A stretch of DNA of 64,000 bases, taken from the NCBI GenBank assembly GCA_019694955.1, contig JAIBAX010000021.1, positions 989 to 64,988 on the forward strand, read 5' to 3'. This DNA is from Chitinophagales bacterium. GTDB lineage: Bacteria > Bacteroidota > Bacteroidia > Chitinophagales > JADIYW01. A model generated the notes under the pieces. That model made no database searches, was not told the origin of the DNA, and worked only from the letters and a program-made list of their open reading frames with translations. Numbering within the stretch: the first letter of the stretch is position 1; each line of letters opens with the position of its first letter. The position numbers and the translations under genes were made by a program. Shown here in pieces: positions 35,211-45,549 of this stretch.

Positions 35211-36451
35211 TGGAACGTCCTTCTGTATTGTTTGTTAGTATTGCTTTTCCACCTAAGTTTGATTCGGAAGGATTGCAAGTAGCTAAGTATTTCCGTTATT
35301 TTTCGCCTGCCTGTGCCGACTGCATGGATATTGACGTTGTTACCTCTGCAATACCCACCTTATTTATGCCTTACGATGCTTCTCTGGAAATAGAGAAGAA
35401 TAGCTTTCGCCAAAAGATAGACATTCCTATTTTTGAAAACAAGTATGTAAACTTTCTACTTAGGAAGATATTGCCACATAAATTGGATGCACCAGATTCC
35501 AAACTAACCTTCCACTGGCAATGGAAGAAGGTGGTGCGGCAGCTAAAGCACAAACCTGCCGTTATTTATTCCCGGTCTTTCCCGGCAAGCTCGGCAGTGA
35601 TGGCTATGAAATTAAAAAAGTACTACCAAGTACCCTGGATTCTACACTTGAGTGACCCTTGGGTGGACTCTCCGGTAAATGTGATGAAAGGAAAAGTAAG
35701 GGTGGTAAATGAGCATTTTGAACAGGAATGTTTTGCGCTAGCCGATAAGATAAGCCTTACTTCTCATGAAACCATCGATTTTTATAAAAATAAATATCCG
35801 ACTTATCAGCATAAATTTTGCTATTACCCAAATGTATACGACCCGGAAGATATCCCTGCCCAAAATAACCATCCTAAAAACGGAAAATTAAAATTTGTAT
35901 ATACAGGCGGCATGGCAGGCACCCGCTCCCCGGAACCTTTTCTAAAAGCCTTCTCAACACTACCAAAAGTTATTCAAGATAATATAGAAGTGGTCTTCTC
36001 CGGATGGGCAGACAGAGCAAATGCCACATATTTTCAGCAATATACGGCTTCATGCGTTCGATATATTGGGCATTTAGCCACCTACAAGGAAGCGATTGCC
36101 TTACAAAATAGTGCCGATGTTTTGCTATTAATAGATTTCCCTATTGCAGAACCCAATAAACGCATGTATTTCCTGTCGAAAGTATTAGACTATATGATTA
36201 CCGGAAAATATGTTCTGGCAACCACCGGAAAAGGCAGCACATGCGAGAGAATTATCCAAGACAAAATGGGCGCTTGTTATGAAGAAATAGATATCGAAGG
36301 CCTCAAAAATAAGATTATTTGGCTAGTGGAACAATTTAAACAGGGTAACGACCCCATCTTTTTCAGAAACAATGTAAATCCTGAGTTTGATGCAAAAGAA
36401 AATGCCGTTCGATTGAGAGATGAATTATTAGCATTAACATCCTGCACATGA
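35210..36451 (+). CDS. Putative GT-B fold glycosyltransferase
   Basis: 413 aa. The start overlaps the previous stop (TAATG). Its general layout is GT4-like. This is a weak call made by eye. Confidence 0.45.
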   Translation: MERPSVLFVSIAFPPKFDSEGLQVAKYFRYFSPACADCMDIDVVTSAIPTLFMPYDASLEIEKNSFRQKIDIPIFENKYVNFLLRKILPHKLDAPDSKLTFHWQWKKVVRQLKHKPAVIYSRSFPASSAVMAMKLKKYYQVPWILHLSDPWVDSPVNVMKGKVRVVNEHFEQECFALADKISLTSHETIDFYKNKYPTYQHKFCYYPNVYDPEDIPAQNNHPKNGKLKFVYTGGMAGTRSPEPFLKAFSTLPKVIQDNIEVVFSGWADRANATYFQQYTASCVRYIGHLATYKEAIALQNSADVLLLIDFPIAEPNKRMYFLSKVLDYMITGKYVLATTGKGSTCERIIQDKMGACYEEIDIEGLKNKIIWLVEQFKQGNDPIFFRNNVNPEFDAKENAVRLRDELLALTSCT

Positions 36452-37671
36452 AACAGAAAAAAATTGCCGTATTTCTCTATAACAGCTTCAAAGACCCCGT
36501 CATACAGTCCAACCTGTTTTTATACCTCAAACATACCGGGCAACATTCCGATAAGTATCATTTCCATATTATCAGCTTCGAGCAGACAGCCTTCAGCATT
36601 GAAGCCAATGAAAAGTCTGCTATATTATCTGAAATGGAAACAATGCATATGAATTGGACACCCTTATCTTTTACACCTGGTGGTATCGTTAATAAAGTAA
36701 AAGACTTCATTAAATTGGTGGGCGTACTTGTCAGACTTCGTTTGCAAGGATATAAATATTTGATTACCCTTAATTCTGTTGCTGGCGCAATCGGTTATTT
36801 ATTTGCGCTTTGCTTGGGAATGCGTTTATACATGTATCAATACGAACCACATAGCGAATATGGTTTAGATGCCAAGCTTTGGGATGAGAAAAGCATAAGA
36901 TTTAAGATATTACACAAGCTAGAATATTTGTCGGCAAAATTTGCTACCGTTATCAGCAGTGGTACTGTTTATATGATGGACAGACTAAAAGATTGGAACG
37001 TACAAGCACAAGTGTTTAAAATTCCAAGTGTTGTAAATGAGGAGCGATTTATGTTTACAACGGTAGGCAGACAGCAAATAAGAGAAAAGTTCAACATTCC
37101 CCAAAATGCTCCCTTGGTACTTTATCCGGGAAAGTTTGGCGACTTGTATTATTCCATACAGGAAGTAACAACCGTCTTTTCTGTTATCCATCAGCATATT
37201 CCGGAAGCCAGGTTCATGGTGCTTACGATGAATGATTTAACAGAGGTAAAAACCGTCATGGTTGACGCAGGACTTACAGAAGAATTACTCACCATTACCC
37301 GTGCTGCCTATGAGGAGATGCCATCCTTTCTTTCTGCTGCCGACTTGGGCGTAGTAGCCGTTCCGCCCGATCCTTCCAAAAAGTTTTGTTCCAATATTAA
37401 AGTAGGAGAATTTTTATGTACCGGATTGCCTTATCTGATATGTGAAGGCGTTTCTGAAGACGATATTGTGGCACGTAAGTTTAATGTTGGTATTCCCGTA
37501 AAGGATTTTTCTATAACTTCCATCAACGACGCTATTCCACAGATGAATGCACTCTTTTCAGAAGAGAAGTCGACCGTTGTAAATAGGTGTCGCCCCGCAG
37601 GAAGCGACTATCGTGGTTTTAATAAGCTGATTATCGAATTTGGGAAAGCATTGGATGCGCTGACGAAATAA
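36448..37671 (+). CDS. Putative GT-B fold glycosyltransferase
   Basis: 407 aa with an ATGA overlap with the previous gene. The C-terminal KVGEFLCTGLPYLICEG resembles a nucleotide-sugar binding region. Confidence 0.45.
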   Translation: MKQKKIAVFLYNSFKDPVIQSNLFLYLKHTGQHSDKYHFHIISFEQTAFSIEANEKSAILSEMETMHMNWTPLSFTPGGIVNKVKDFIKLVGVLVRLRLQGYKYLITLNSVAGAIGYLFALCLGMRLYMYQYEPHSEYGLDAKLWDEKSIRFKILHKLEYLSAKFATVISSGTVYMMDRLKDWNVQAQVFKIPSVVNEERFMFTTVGRQQIREKFNIPQNAPLVLYPGKFGDLYYSIQEVTTVFSVIHQHIPEARFMVLTMNDLTEVKTVMVDAGLTEELLTITRAAYEEMPSFLSAADLGVVAVPPDPSKKFCSNIKVGEFLCTGLPYLICEGVSEDDIVARKFNVGIPVKDFSITSINDAIPQMNALFSEEKSTVVNRCRPAGSDYRGFNKLIIEFGKALDALTK

Positions 37672-37681
37672 TACTCTCTTA

Positions 37682-38947
37682 TCACCCACCAGCACTCAAT
37701 ATCCGCGAACTATCCAATTTTACGGCGATGGCAATCATAACCGAAAAGGATAATAAAGAAGATCCTCCATAACTAATAAAGGGCAACGGTATGCCGATAA
37801 CGGGTAAAAGACCTATCGTCATACCGATATTGATCATAAGGTGCATGAAAATGATGGCTACAACAGAATACATATATACCCTATTGAAAGTATTGTTCTG
37901 TCGCTCCGCCAAAGTGATGAGCTTCTGCAAGAGCAATACAAATAAAACGATGAGTATGAAGGATCCAACAAAGCCAAATTCTTCTCCAATCACACAAAAG
38001 ATAAAGTCTGTGCTGAGTGCCGGAACGAAATCATAACGTGTTTGCGTCCCTTTGAGATACCCTTTGCCGATAATGCCTCCTGAACCGATGGCAATCTTCG
38101 ATTGATTTAAATTGTATGCAGCACCCGAATTGTCGTTTACCTTTCCTAAGATAACGTTGATACGACTTTGCTGATGCGGCTCCAAGACATTATTGAAGAT
38201 ATAATTAACCGATGTAGCATATATCATCGTACCAATCATCGCTATAAAAAGTATCTTCACCCATGTTTTTTGTACCCATTTGTATAGGATGGCTAAGGTA
38301 AAAAATCCAGCAATGATTCCTAATAGAACAAACTTGTTGAGCAGTAGCGCCAATAAGGAAATCATGATAGCATAAATGCCTAAGAAGATGAAACCATCCG
38401 GAAATCCTTCCCGGTTGAGCACGAAAACAAAGCCGACATATACCACAAATGAACCAGCATCTCCCTGTGCTAATACCATCAAGGCAGGGATGCCGATAAT
38501 CGCAAAACATATAAACTTATCTCTTGGGTTGGCAAATTTTATCCCCGGCATGCTGAGGAATTTTGCCAAAGCAAGGGCAGTACCCATTTTTGCAAACTCC
38601 GAAGGCTGCAACTTAAAAAGACCCAAATCTATCCAGGCAGCATCGCCTTGCACAGACCTACCGATTGCTAGCACTACTGCCAAAAGTGCCAATGTTACTA
38701 AGTAGAAAGGATACGGAATAATCGTTAGTATTCTTTTACTGGAAACTAGAATGGCAATGAAGATAAAACTGCTGACACCAATAAAAAGTAGCTGCTTGCC
38801 ATAGTTCTTTGATAAGTCGAATATCTTAAAGCCTTCACCATCATATTGGGAAGCAAATATCGACAACCACCCTATCGTTACCAAAAGGAAATAATACAAA
38901 ATAATCTCCATATCCACCGGACCATATAACTGACTTTTCGAGCGCAT
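37682..38947 (-). CDS. rodA: Rod shape-determining protein RodA (SEDS family)
   Basis: 421 aa and polytopic. It shows FtsW/RodA/SpoVE motifs (PSEFAK, TDFIF, GGSS) and lies downstream of mrdA. Confidence 0.92.
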   Translation of the reverse strand: MRSKSQLYGPVDMEIILYYFLLVTIGWLSIFASQYDGEGFKIFDLSKNYGKQLLFIGVSSFIFIAILVSSKRILTIIPYPFYLVTLALLAVVLAIGRSVQGDAAWIDLGLFKLQPSEFAKMGTALALAKFLSMPGIKFANPRDKFICFAIIGIPALMVLAQGDAGSFVVYVGFVFVLNREGFPDGFIFLGIYAIMISLLALLLNKFVLLGIIAGFFTLAILYKWVQKTWVKILFIAMIGTMIYATSVNYIFNNVLEPHQQSRINVILGKVNDNSGAAYNLNQSKIAIGSGGIIGKGYLKGTQTRYDFVPALSTDFIFCVIGEEFGFVGSFILIVLFVLLLQKLITLAERQNNTFNRVYMYSVVAIIFMHLMINIGMTIGLLPVIGIPLPFISYGGSSLLSFSVMIAIAVKLDSSRILSAGG

Positions 38948-40861
38948 CTAATCTTGTTTTGGTTTAATGGCAACTAATTTAGGAAGCGTATCTTTCTTTG
39001 GTGGGAGGCTATCATTCTTAGGTTTTGGCTCTTCCTTATATATGAGTTTTGCGTCCAACATTCTTTTTTCAAGCGGTTTCCTTTTCTTGGCGATGGTGTC
39101 GTTCATGTATTTTTCTATCATGAGGGAAGCAATAGGCGCAGCATAGGTAGCACCAAAGCCTGCATTCTCCACTATTACCGCAATGGCAATTTTGGGGTTT
39201 TCTTTTGGAGCAAATGCTACAAACATGGAGTGGTCTTTACCATGCGGATTTTGTGCCGTACCCGTCTTTCCACACATCCTCAATTCCTCCATATTCACTC
39301 TTGCTGCGGTTCCTTTTTTAACAACTAATTCCATCCCATCAATAACAGGTTCAAACCACTTTTTATCAACGTCAACTACTGTTTTTTCATATTTGAGCTT
39401 ATATAAAGTATCATTGGTAACGAACCCTCTTACCAGATGTGGAACATAATAATACCCTCTGTTTGCAATCATTGCCACCTCATTGGCCATTTGCAATGGT
39501 GTTGCGGTTACCTCACCCTGTCCAATAGCGATGGATATGACGGTTGTTGCTTTCCAGTTTTTCTTTCCATATCTCTTATTGTAAAAATCTGCTGATGGAA
39601 GAATTCCTTTGTTTTCGGATTTCATGTCTATCCCAAGTTTATGACCGAATCCGAAGGAGTACATATAATCATACCATGCTCTGTATGCGTTCTCCACACT
39701 ACCATAAATGCTGTCGTTGCTAATCATGTCTTTAAAGATTTGGCAATAATAAGCATTGCAACTGTAGGATATAGCCTGCATACCGTCCGTAAGATATGGA
39801 TGTCTGTGACAATTGATAGTATGTCCGCCCAATCTAAATCCACCTCCACAAGAGTACCCTTTCTCCGGTGGACGTGTACCTGTTTCAAAAGCAATCAAGG
39901 ACCCCGCCAATTTAAAGGTAGAACCCGGAGGATAAGTAGCCATTACCGGTCTGTTGAAGAGCGGTTTGTATTTATCCGCATTTAAAACCTTATAATTATG
40001 TCTGAAATATCTTCCCGAAAGTACGTTAGGGTCGAAAGTGGGTGCACTGATATAGGCTAGTATCTCACCTGTTTTAGGGTCGATGGCTACCACGGAGCCA
40101 CATTTGTTTTGCATCAAGTCTTCACCATATTTCTGCAATGCTGCATCAATACCTATGGACATGTCTTTTCCGGCAACAGGCAATACATCTTCTTTTCCTT
40201 CTTTATATGAACCTTTAGGACGATTCAAGTTGTCGACAAGTTGAAAGGAAACTCCTTTAACCCCTCTGAGTTCCTCTTCATAATAGGCTTCCAATCCCGT
40301 TTTTCCGGCATAGTCGCCCAATTCATAATAACCCTTCGAGTCATCAATTTTCTGCTGATCTACTTCTGCCAAGTATCCATATAACATACCCCCGGAATGA
40401 AAGGGGAAGCGCCGCATCTCGGCACGTTTATAAGAAAACCCTGAAAACTGATACAAGTGTTCCTGAAATCTTGCAAAGTCAACAGGCGTGAGTTGTTTTA
40501 GAAATATGGTAGGTTTAAGCGGTGTACTCTTTTTTATTTCCTTCATCTTTTTCTGATACTCCTCTAAAGTGATATTCAAGAGTGTACACAATTTAAGGGA
40601 GTCTATATCTGGCTTTATTCGGTTGGTTTGGACATAAATATCGTAAAATGCTTCATTATATACGAGCACTTTATTATTTCTGTCTAAGATAAGTCCTCTG
40701 GAAGGATAAATGGTTTGCTTTTTTATCACATTACTGGTAGCTTGATCTTTATAGGAAGGACTTGTCACCTGAAGTATGAAAAGACGAATGAGGTAAACTA
40801 CTGCAATAATATATATGGCAGGTCTTAACAAACTACTATTTCCTTCTTTAAACAGCGACAT
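38948..40861 (-). CDS. mrdA: Penicillin-binding protein 2
   Basis: The transpeptidase motifs STFK, SCN and KTGT are present. I prefer the ATG at 40861 (TAATG coupling to mreD). The track start at 40909 is possible. Confidence 0.92.
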   Translation of the reverse strand: MSLFKEGNSSLLRPAIYIIAVVYLIRLFILQVTSPSYKDQATSNVIKKQTIYPSRGLILDRNNKVLVYNEAFYDIYVQTNRIKPDIDSLKLCTLLNITLEEYQKKMKEIKKSTPLKPTIFLKQLTPVDFARFQEHLYQFSGFSYKRAEMRRFPFHSGGMLYGYLAEVDQQKIDDSKGYYELGDYAGKTGLEAYYEEELRGVKGVSFQLVDNLNRPKGSYKEGKEDVLPVAGKDMSIGIDAALQKYGEDLMQNKCGSVVAIDPKTGEILAYISAPTFDPNVLSGRYFRHNYKVLNADKYKPLFNRPVMATYPPGSTFKLAGSLIAFETGTRPPEKGYSCGGGFRLGGHTINCHRHPYLTDGMQAISYSCNAYYCQIFKDMISNDSIYGSVENAYRAWYDYMYSFGFGHKLGIDMKSENKGILPSADFYNKRYGKKNWKATTVISIAIGQGEVTATPLQMANEVAMIANRGYYYVPHLVRGFVTNDTLYKLKYEKTVVDVDKKWFEPVIDGMELVVKKGTAARVNMEELRMCGKTGTAQNPHGKDHSMFVAFAPKENPKIAIAVIVENAGFGATYAAPIASLMIEKYMNDTIAKKRKPLEKRMLDAKLIYKEEPKPKNDSLPPKKDTLPKLVAIKPKQD

Positions 40862-41385
40862 TATCTCATTTTTTTCCTTTGTGGCAATGCCGCCAAGCTG
40901 ATGATCCAAAAAAGACTAAAAGAAACTATCCCACTCAGAAAGGTTCTGACGAGTGTTTTCCCAAAATGGTGGAATGAAAATGACTCCAATAAGAAATAAG
41001 AGAAATGATGTATAAAGAGTAGTATCCCAGCATATATCATAAACCAGCCAAATCCCTGATCTTTAAACGTAGGGAGCTCATCTTTCTCATAACCGGATTG
41101 TGGCATTAATTGCATCAAGAGTGGCTTTCTTAAAAAACCCATTAATGTGAGGCTAGCAGCATGGATCCCGCCTGTATTCGTGAAGAAATCTACTGTTAAA
41201 CCAGCAAGAAATCCAGCCATAATGACGATTGAGGAAGGAACACCGATGGGTAATAGTATAATCAAAAATGGATATACCAATGGCGCTGCCCATCCAAATA
41301 AATTAACATGATTCAATACAAAAATTTGTGCCAAAAGCACTAAAATAAATCGGATGGTATTGGGAACAATATATCTACCTGTCAT
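40861..41385 (-). CDS. mreD: Rod shape-determining protein MreD
   Basis: 174 aa, polytopic, located between mreC and mrdA. Confidence 0.8.
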   Translation of the reverse strand: MTGRYIVPNTIRFILVLLAQIFVLNHVNLFGWAAPLVYPFLIILLPIGVPSSIVIMAGFLAGLTVDFFTNTGGIHAASLTLMGFLRKPLLMQLMPQSGYEKDELPTFKDQGFGWFMIYAGILLFIHHFSYFLLESFSFHHFGKTLVRTFLSGIVSFSLFWIISLAALPQRKKMR

Positions 41386-42217
41386 TTTCCACCTCCAAAT
41401 CTATGTTGTTTTCCAATGAATCCACTTCGTATTTGTTATTCCTTTGTTGGACATATACATATTCTATCTTGTTTAAATCGGTAGTCGGTTTTATTTCTAC
41501 ATATTGAAATCCGCTTCCTGCTGTATTCTTTACTTTTTTAACGATGCCTACAGGGAAATCTGGTGGGAATATCGTGGAATATCCTGATGTAATGATGGTA
41601 TCGCCTTTCTTCATAAATGCGGTTTTGCTGATATCCTCAACAATTAACGTAGTAGGATCATAGCCTGGCCACTTAAGGTTACCGAATGCATTGGATTTTT
41701 TATGTTTTACACTGATGGAAGAATTTGTATTCAACACCGACATCACCAAAGCATAATTATCGGATACCTGAACGATGATTCCCACGATTCCTTTGGGATC
41801 CATAACACCCATATCTGTTACCAATCCATCTTTCTTACCTTTATTGAGGGTGATATAGTTATGGGTTTTGTAAACTGTATTATTGATTACTTTGGCAGTA
41901 ATATAGTTATAGCTGTAAAGCGAATCTCCTTTGGGGAGACTGGAATCCCCTTTGGGATAGAATGTTTGATACTTGATTTGTTGTCGCAATCGGGCATTTT
42001 CTTCTAAGAGTGCGATATTGGCTCTCTTTAACCCAAAATATTGATGAAAGCCCTCCGTAAAATTATATACATTGCCAATAAACTTATCGCTAGAGTTGGT
42101 AATTGCAACATGCTGATAGGAGTTGACCTTAGAAATAAGTGAAAAGGCGATTATCTCAAGGATAATGAACAACAACAAAGCATGAACCTTGGATAAGATG
42201 AATAAAATATTGCGCAT
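41375..42217 (-). CDS. mreC: Rod shape-determining protein MreC
   Basis: 280 aa with an N-terminal TM segment, a coiled coil and beta domains. It follows mreB. Confidence 0.88.
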   Translation of the reverse strand: MRNILFILSKVHALLLFIILEIIAFSLISKVNSYQHVAITNSSDKFIGNVYNFTEGFHQYFGLKRANIALLEENARLRQQIKYQTFYPKGDSSLPKGDSLYSYNYITAKVINNTVYKTHNYITLNKGKKDGLVTDMGVMDPKGIVGIIVQVSDNYALVMSVLNTNSSISVKHKKSNAFGNLKWPGYDPTTLIVEDISKTAFMKKGDTIITSGYSTIFPPDFPVGIVKKVKNTAGSGFQYVEIKPTTDLNKIEYVYVQQRNNKYEVDSLENNIDLEVENDR

Positions 42218-42221
42218 AGGT

Positions 42222-43244
42222 CTAACTCATCAGGAAGGAGTATTTGTCTCTGTTTTTTAGCGCCAATCCAGTGCCTCTTACAACTGCTCTCAGTGGATCT
42301 TCTGCTACCTGAACGGGAAGTTTGGTTTTTGCTGCCAATCGCATATCCAACCCTCTCAACAAGGCACCTCCACCTGTCAGGTACAATCCCTTCCTGTAAA
42401 TATCTGATGCTAATTCAGGTGGTGTGGTCTCCAATGCTTTAAGCACAGCTTCTTCAATCTTGGAGATGGATTTATCCAAAGCACCGGCAATTTCCTGATA
42501 AGTAACGGTAATCTGTTTAGGAATACCTGTTAATAAGTCTCTTCCATGAACGGCATATTCATCGGGTGGGTTAGGAAGGTCTTGTATCGCTGCACCCACA
42601 TTTATCTTGATTGCCTCGGCTGTTCTTTCACCAATCAACATATTATGTTGTCTTTTGATGTATTCAACAATATCCTGCGTAAACTCATCTCCGGCTACCC
42701 GTATGGATTGATCTGTAACAATACCGGAAAGGGCAATTACGGCAATCTCTGTCGTACCACCTCCAATATCAATAATCATATTCCCTTCCGGTTGTTCAAC
42801 ATCTAATCCGATACCGAGGGCTGCTGCCATTGGTTCATGAATAAGATATCTTTCTCTGGCATTGGCATGCTCAGCAGAGTCAAAAACAGCTCTCTTCTCT
42901 ACCTCTGTAATCCCGGAAGGAATGCAGATAACCATGGTCAATTGCGGCTTAAACCAGCTGTTTTTTTCATTCATCATGGCAATGAAACCACGTATCATTG
43001 CCTCGGCAGCCTGGAAGTTTGCAATTACACCATCTTTCAACGGTCTAATCGTTTCAATATCGGCATGTGTTTTTTCATGCATCATCATTGCCTTTTTTCC
43101 TACTGCAATGACGCTTTTATTTCTTTTATCTATTGCTACTATCGAAGGTTCATCCACTACTACCTGATCTTTAAAAATGATAAGTGTATTGGCTGTACCT
43201 AAGTCGATGGCGATTTCTTTATTGAAAAAGCTAAAAAGTCCCAT
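42222..43244 (-). CDS. mreB: Rod shape-determining protein MreB
   Basis: 340 aa with an actin-like ATPase signature (IDLGTANT, DIGGGTTE). Confidence 0.97.
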   Translation of the reverse strand: MGLFSFFNKEIAIDLGTANTLIIFKDQVVVDEPSIVAIDKRNKSVIAVGKKAMMMHEKTHADIETIRPLKDGVIANFQAAEAMIRGFIAMMNEKNSWFKPQLTMVICIPSGITEVEKRAVFDSAEHANARERYLIHEPMAAALGIGLDVEQPEGNMIIDIGGGTTEIAVIALSGIVTDQSIRVAGDEFTQDIVEYIKRQHNMLIGERTAEAIKINVGAAIQDLPNPPDEYAVHGRDLLTGIPKQITVTYQEIAGALDKSISKIEEAVLKALETTPPELASDIYRKGLYLTGGGALLRGLDMRLAAKTKLPVQVAEDPLRAVVRGTGLALKNRDKYSFLMS

Positions 43245-43269
43245 ATATATTTTTTGTTAATTTGTAAAG

Positions 43270-44787
43270 TTAATGTTTAAAATGTCTAGTTCCTGTTAAA
43301 ACCATTGAAATATTGTTTTTTTCACAGAAATTAATAGATTCCTGATCTTTAATGGAACCGCCCGGCTGAACAACAGATTTTATACCTGCATTATAAGCGA
43401 TTTCAACACAATCAGGGAAGGGAAAAAAGGCATCGCTCGCCATAACAGAACCTTCTAGATCGAAACCAAAAGAATTGGCTTTTTCAATAGCTTGGCGTGT
43501 AGCATCCACTCTTGAGGTCTGTCCACAGCCCATTCCTAATAACTGTTTGTTCTTTGCAAAAACAATGGTATTAGATTTTAAATGTTTAGCAATCTTATTG
43601 GCAAACACTAGGTCTGCGGTTTCTCTATCGGAGGGTTTTCTGGATGTAACCAATGTGAAATTGGTCTCCGTTTCAGTTGTATAATCTGTGTCCTGAACGA
43701 TTACACCATTCAGCAAGGTTTTAAATTGGGTTTTGCTAAAATTGAACAATTTTTGCTTTAAGAGTATCCTATTTTTTTTCGTGCTAAGCAATGCTACCGC
43801 TTCCTTGGTAAAATCCGGCGCAACCAAAACCTCGAAGAATAAACTATTCATCGCTTCGGCGGTTTTTTCATCAACCATTGAATTGGTTACAAGCACGCCA
43901 CCAAATGCAGATACAGGGTCGCCGGCAAGGGCGTCATTCCAGGCATCCAATAAATTATCTCTAGAAGCTACCCCACACGGATTGGTGTGCTTCAAAACAA
44001 CAAAAGTAGGTTCGTTAAATTCTGCTATGAGATGAACGCCTGCATCAATGTCTACTAAGTTATTATAGGAAAGTTCTTTACCGTTCAGTTTATCAAAAAC
44101 GTCCTCTAATGCACCATAGAATACGCCATTTTGGTGCGGATTTTCGCCATATCTTAAAACCTGCCCTTTATGCTCACTGATCTTTAAATACGGAAATAAG
44201 AAATCTTTATTAAAATAATTAAAAATTGCGGCGTCGTAATGACTGCTTACTGCAAACGCTTCAACAGCAAGTTTTTTCCTCTGTTCTAAGGATGTCTGAC
44301 CTTGTTGGCTATCTAAAAGCTCGTTAAACGCAACGTATTGGTGCTTAGAAGAAATGATGACTACGTCATTAAAGTTTTTTGCCGCAGCACGAATCAAAGA
44401 AATTCCACCAATGTCAATTTTTTCTATAATTTCACTTTCATCATCCGTTTTAGCAATAGTTTCTTCAAAAGGATATAAATCAACAATGACCAAATCAATT
44501 TCCGGGATTTCATAACCCGACATTTGTTCAATATCTGTTGGGTGGTCTCTTCTGCCGAGAATCCCACCAAAAATCTTAGGGTGCAGCGTTTTTACACGAC
44601 CACCTAAAATTGAAGGATATTCCGTTAAATCTTCTACAGGAATTACATCGATACCTAAAGATTCAATATAGCTTTGCGTACCGCCTGTGGAATATATGAT
44701 AACACCATGATTATCAAGTGTTTTAACCAAAACATCCAGTCCATCTTTATAGAAAACTGAAATTAACGCAGAATGAATCTTTCTCAA
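43270..44787 (-). CDS. purH: Bifunctional AICAR formyltransferase / IMP cyclohydrolase
   Basis: 505 aa with an MGS-like N-terminus (ALISVFYKDG) and the AICARFT domain. It has an apparent TTG start. Confidence 0.97.
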   Translation of the reverse strand: MRKIHSALISVFYKDGLDVLVKTLDNHGVIIYSTGGTQSYIESLGIDVIPVEDLTEYPSILGGRVKTLHPKIFGGILGRRDHPTDIEQMSGYEIPEIDLVIVDLYPFEETIAKTDDESEIIEKIDIGGISLIRAAAKNFNDVVIISSKHQYVAFNELLDSQQGQTSLEQRKKLAVEAFAVSSHYDAAIFNYFNKDFLFPYLKISEHKGQVLRYGENPHQNGVFYGALEDVFDKLNGKELSYNNLVDIDAGVHLIAEFNEPTFVVLKHTNPCGVASRDNLLDAWNDALAGDPVSAFGGVLVTNSMVDEKTAEAMNSLFFEVLVAPDFTKEAVALLSTKKNRILLKQKLFNFSKTQFKTLLNGVIVQDTDYTTETETNFTLVTSRKPSDRETADLVFANKIAKHLKSNTIVFAKNKQLLGMGCGQTSRVDATRQAIEKANSFGFDLEGSVMASDAFFPFPDCVEIAYNAGIKSVVQPGGSIKDQESINFCEKNNISMVLTGTRHFKH

Positions 44788-44894
44788 CTAAAACGATTAT
44801 TTAAAAAATAATGCGAAAATACTGCTTTTACAGCAAGTTATGGAAATTTATTTGTGTTTTTATATGTTAAAATTAGGTTTATTTTTTATACCCT

Positions 44895-45479
44895 TTAAGT
44901 GAACTTGTGAAAACAATACGCTTCTATTATAGGTGCGAAGTTTTTATGTTCTAAAATGAGCACTTTTGCGGCAATTTCCGCTGCCGTATCTTCCGGGTGA
45001 ACCATACATTTTTCTTGAAATAAGATCGCCCCTTCATCATAATGTTCGTTCACCAGGTGAATGGTCATACCACTTTCTGCGTCTCCGGCGGCTTTAACTG
45101 CTTCATGTACAAAATGCCCATACATTCCTTTGCCCCCATATTTTGGTAGCAATGCCGGGTGTATATTTATTATCCTATCGGGAAAAGAGACAATTAGATT
45201 CTCCGGAATTTTCAGTAAAAACCCGGCGAGAATGATGAGGTCAATAGCATGGTATTGCACGAAATCCAATACCTTATTGGTATGGTTCAATTCTTTAGAA
45301 GTAAAGATTAACAAAGCTTTATGATGCGCTTCGGCCAACTTTACAACCCCTGAATCAGGCCGATTAGTGAGATAAGCTACTACTTCAATGGACTCATGTT
45401 GTTGAAAATAGCGTTGTATTGCCATAGCATTTGACCCGCCACCAGAAGCAAAAACCGCTAACTTTATCTTTTTATTCAT
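44895..45479 (-). CDS. purN: Phosphoribosylglycinamide formyltransferase
   Basis: It has LAVFASGGGSN and NIHPALLP motifs. The ATG at 45479 is preferred. Confidence 0.93.
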   Translation of the reverse strand: MNKKIKLAVFASGGGSNAMAIQRYFQQHESIEVVAYLTNRPDSGVVKLAEAHHKALLIFTSKELNHTNKVLDFVQYHAIDLIILAGFLLKIPENLIVSFPDRIINIHPALLPKYGGKGMYGHFVHEAVKAAGDAESGMTIHLVNEHYDEGAILFQEKCMVHPEDTAAEIAAKVLILEHKNFAPIIEAYCFHKFT

Positions 45480-45521
45480 GCAAATAAGGTAAAATACTGC
45501 AAAAAAAACCAAATTGTTGCT

Positions 45522-45529
45522 TAATTTTG
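45522..45529 (+). promoter_or_regulatory. Putative -7 box TAATTTTG
   Basis: A TAnnTTTG match lies about 20 nt upstream of the gmd ATG. Confidence 0.35.
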
Positions 45530-45549
45530 CACCTTAATTAATTTTTTAC

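Noticed and set aside
40862-40909. 16-codon N-terminal extension of mrdA from the track start
   Set aside because: It would overlap the mreD 3' end by 49 nt. The internal ATG at 40861 forms a TAATG junction and starts right before the PBP2 membrane anchor. It is kept only as an alternative.
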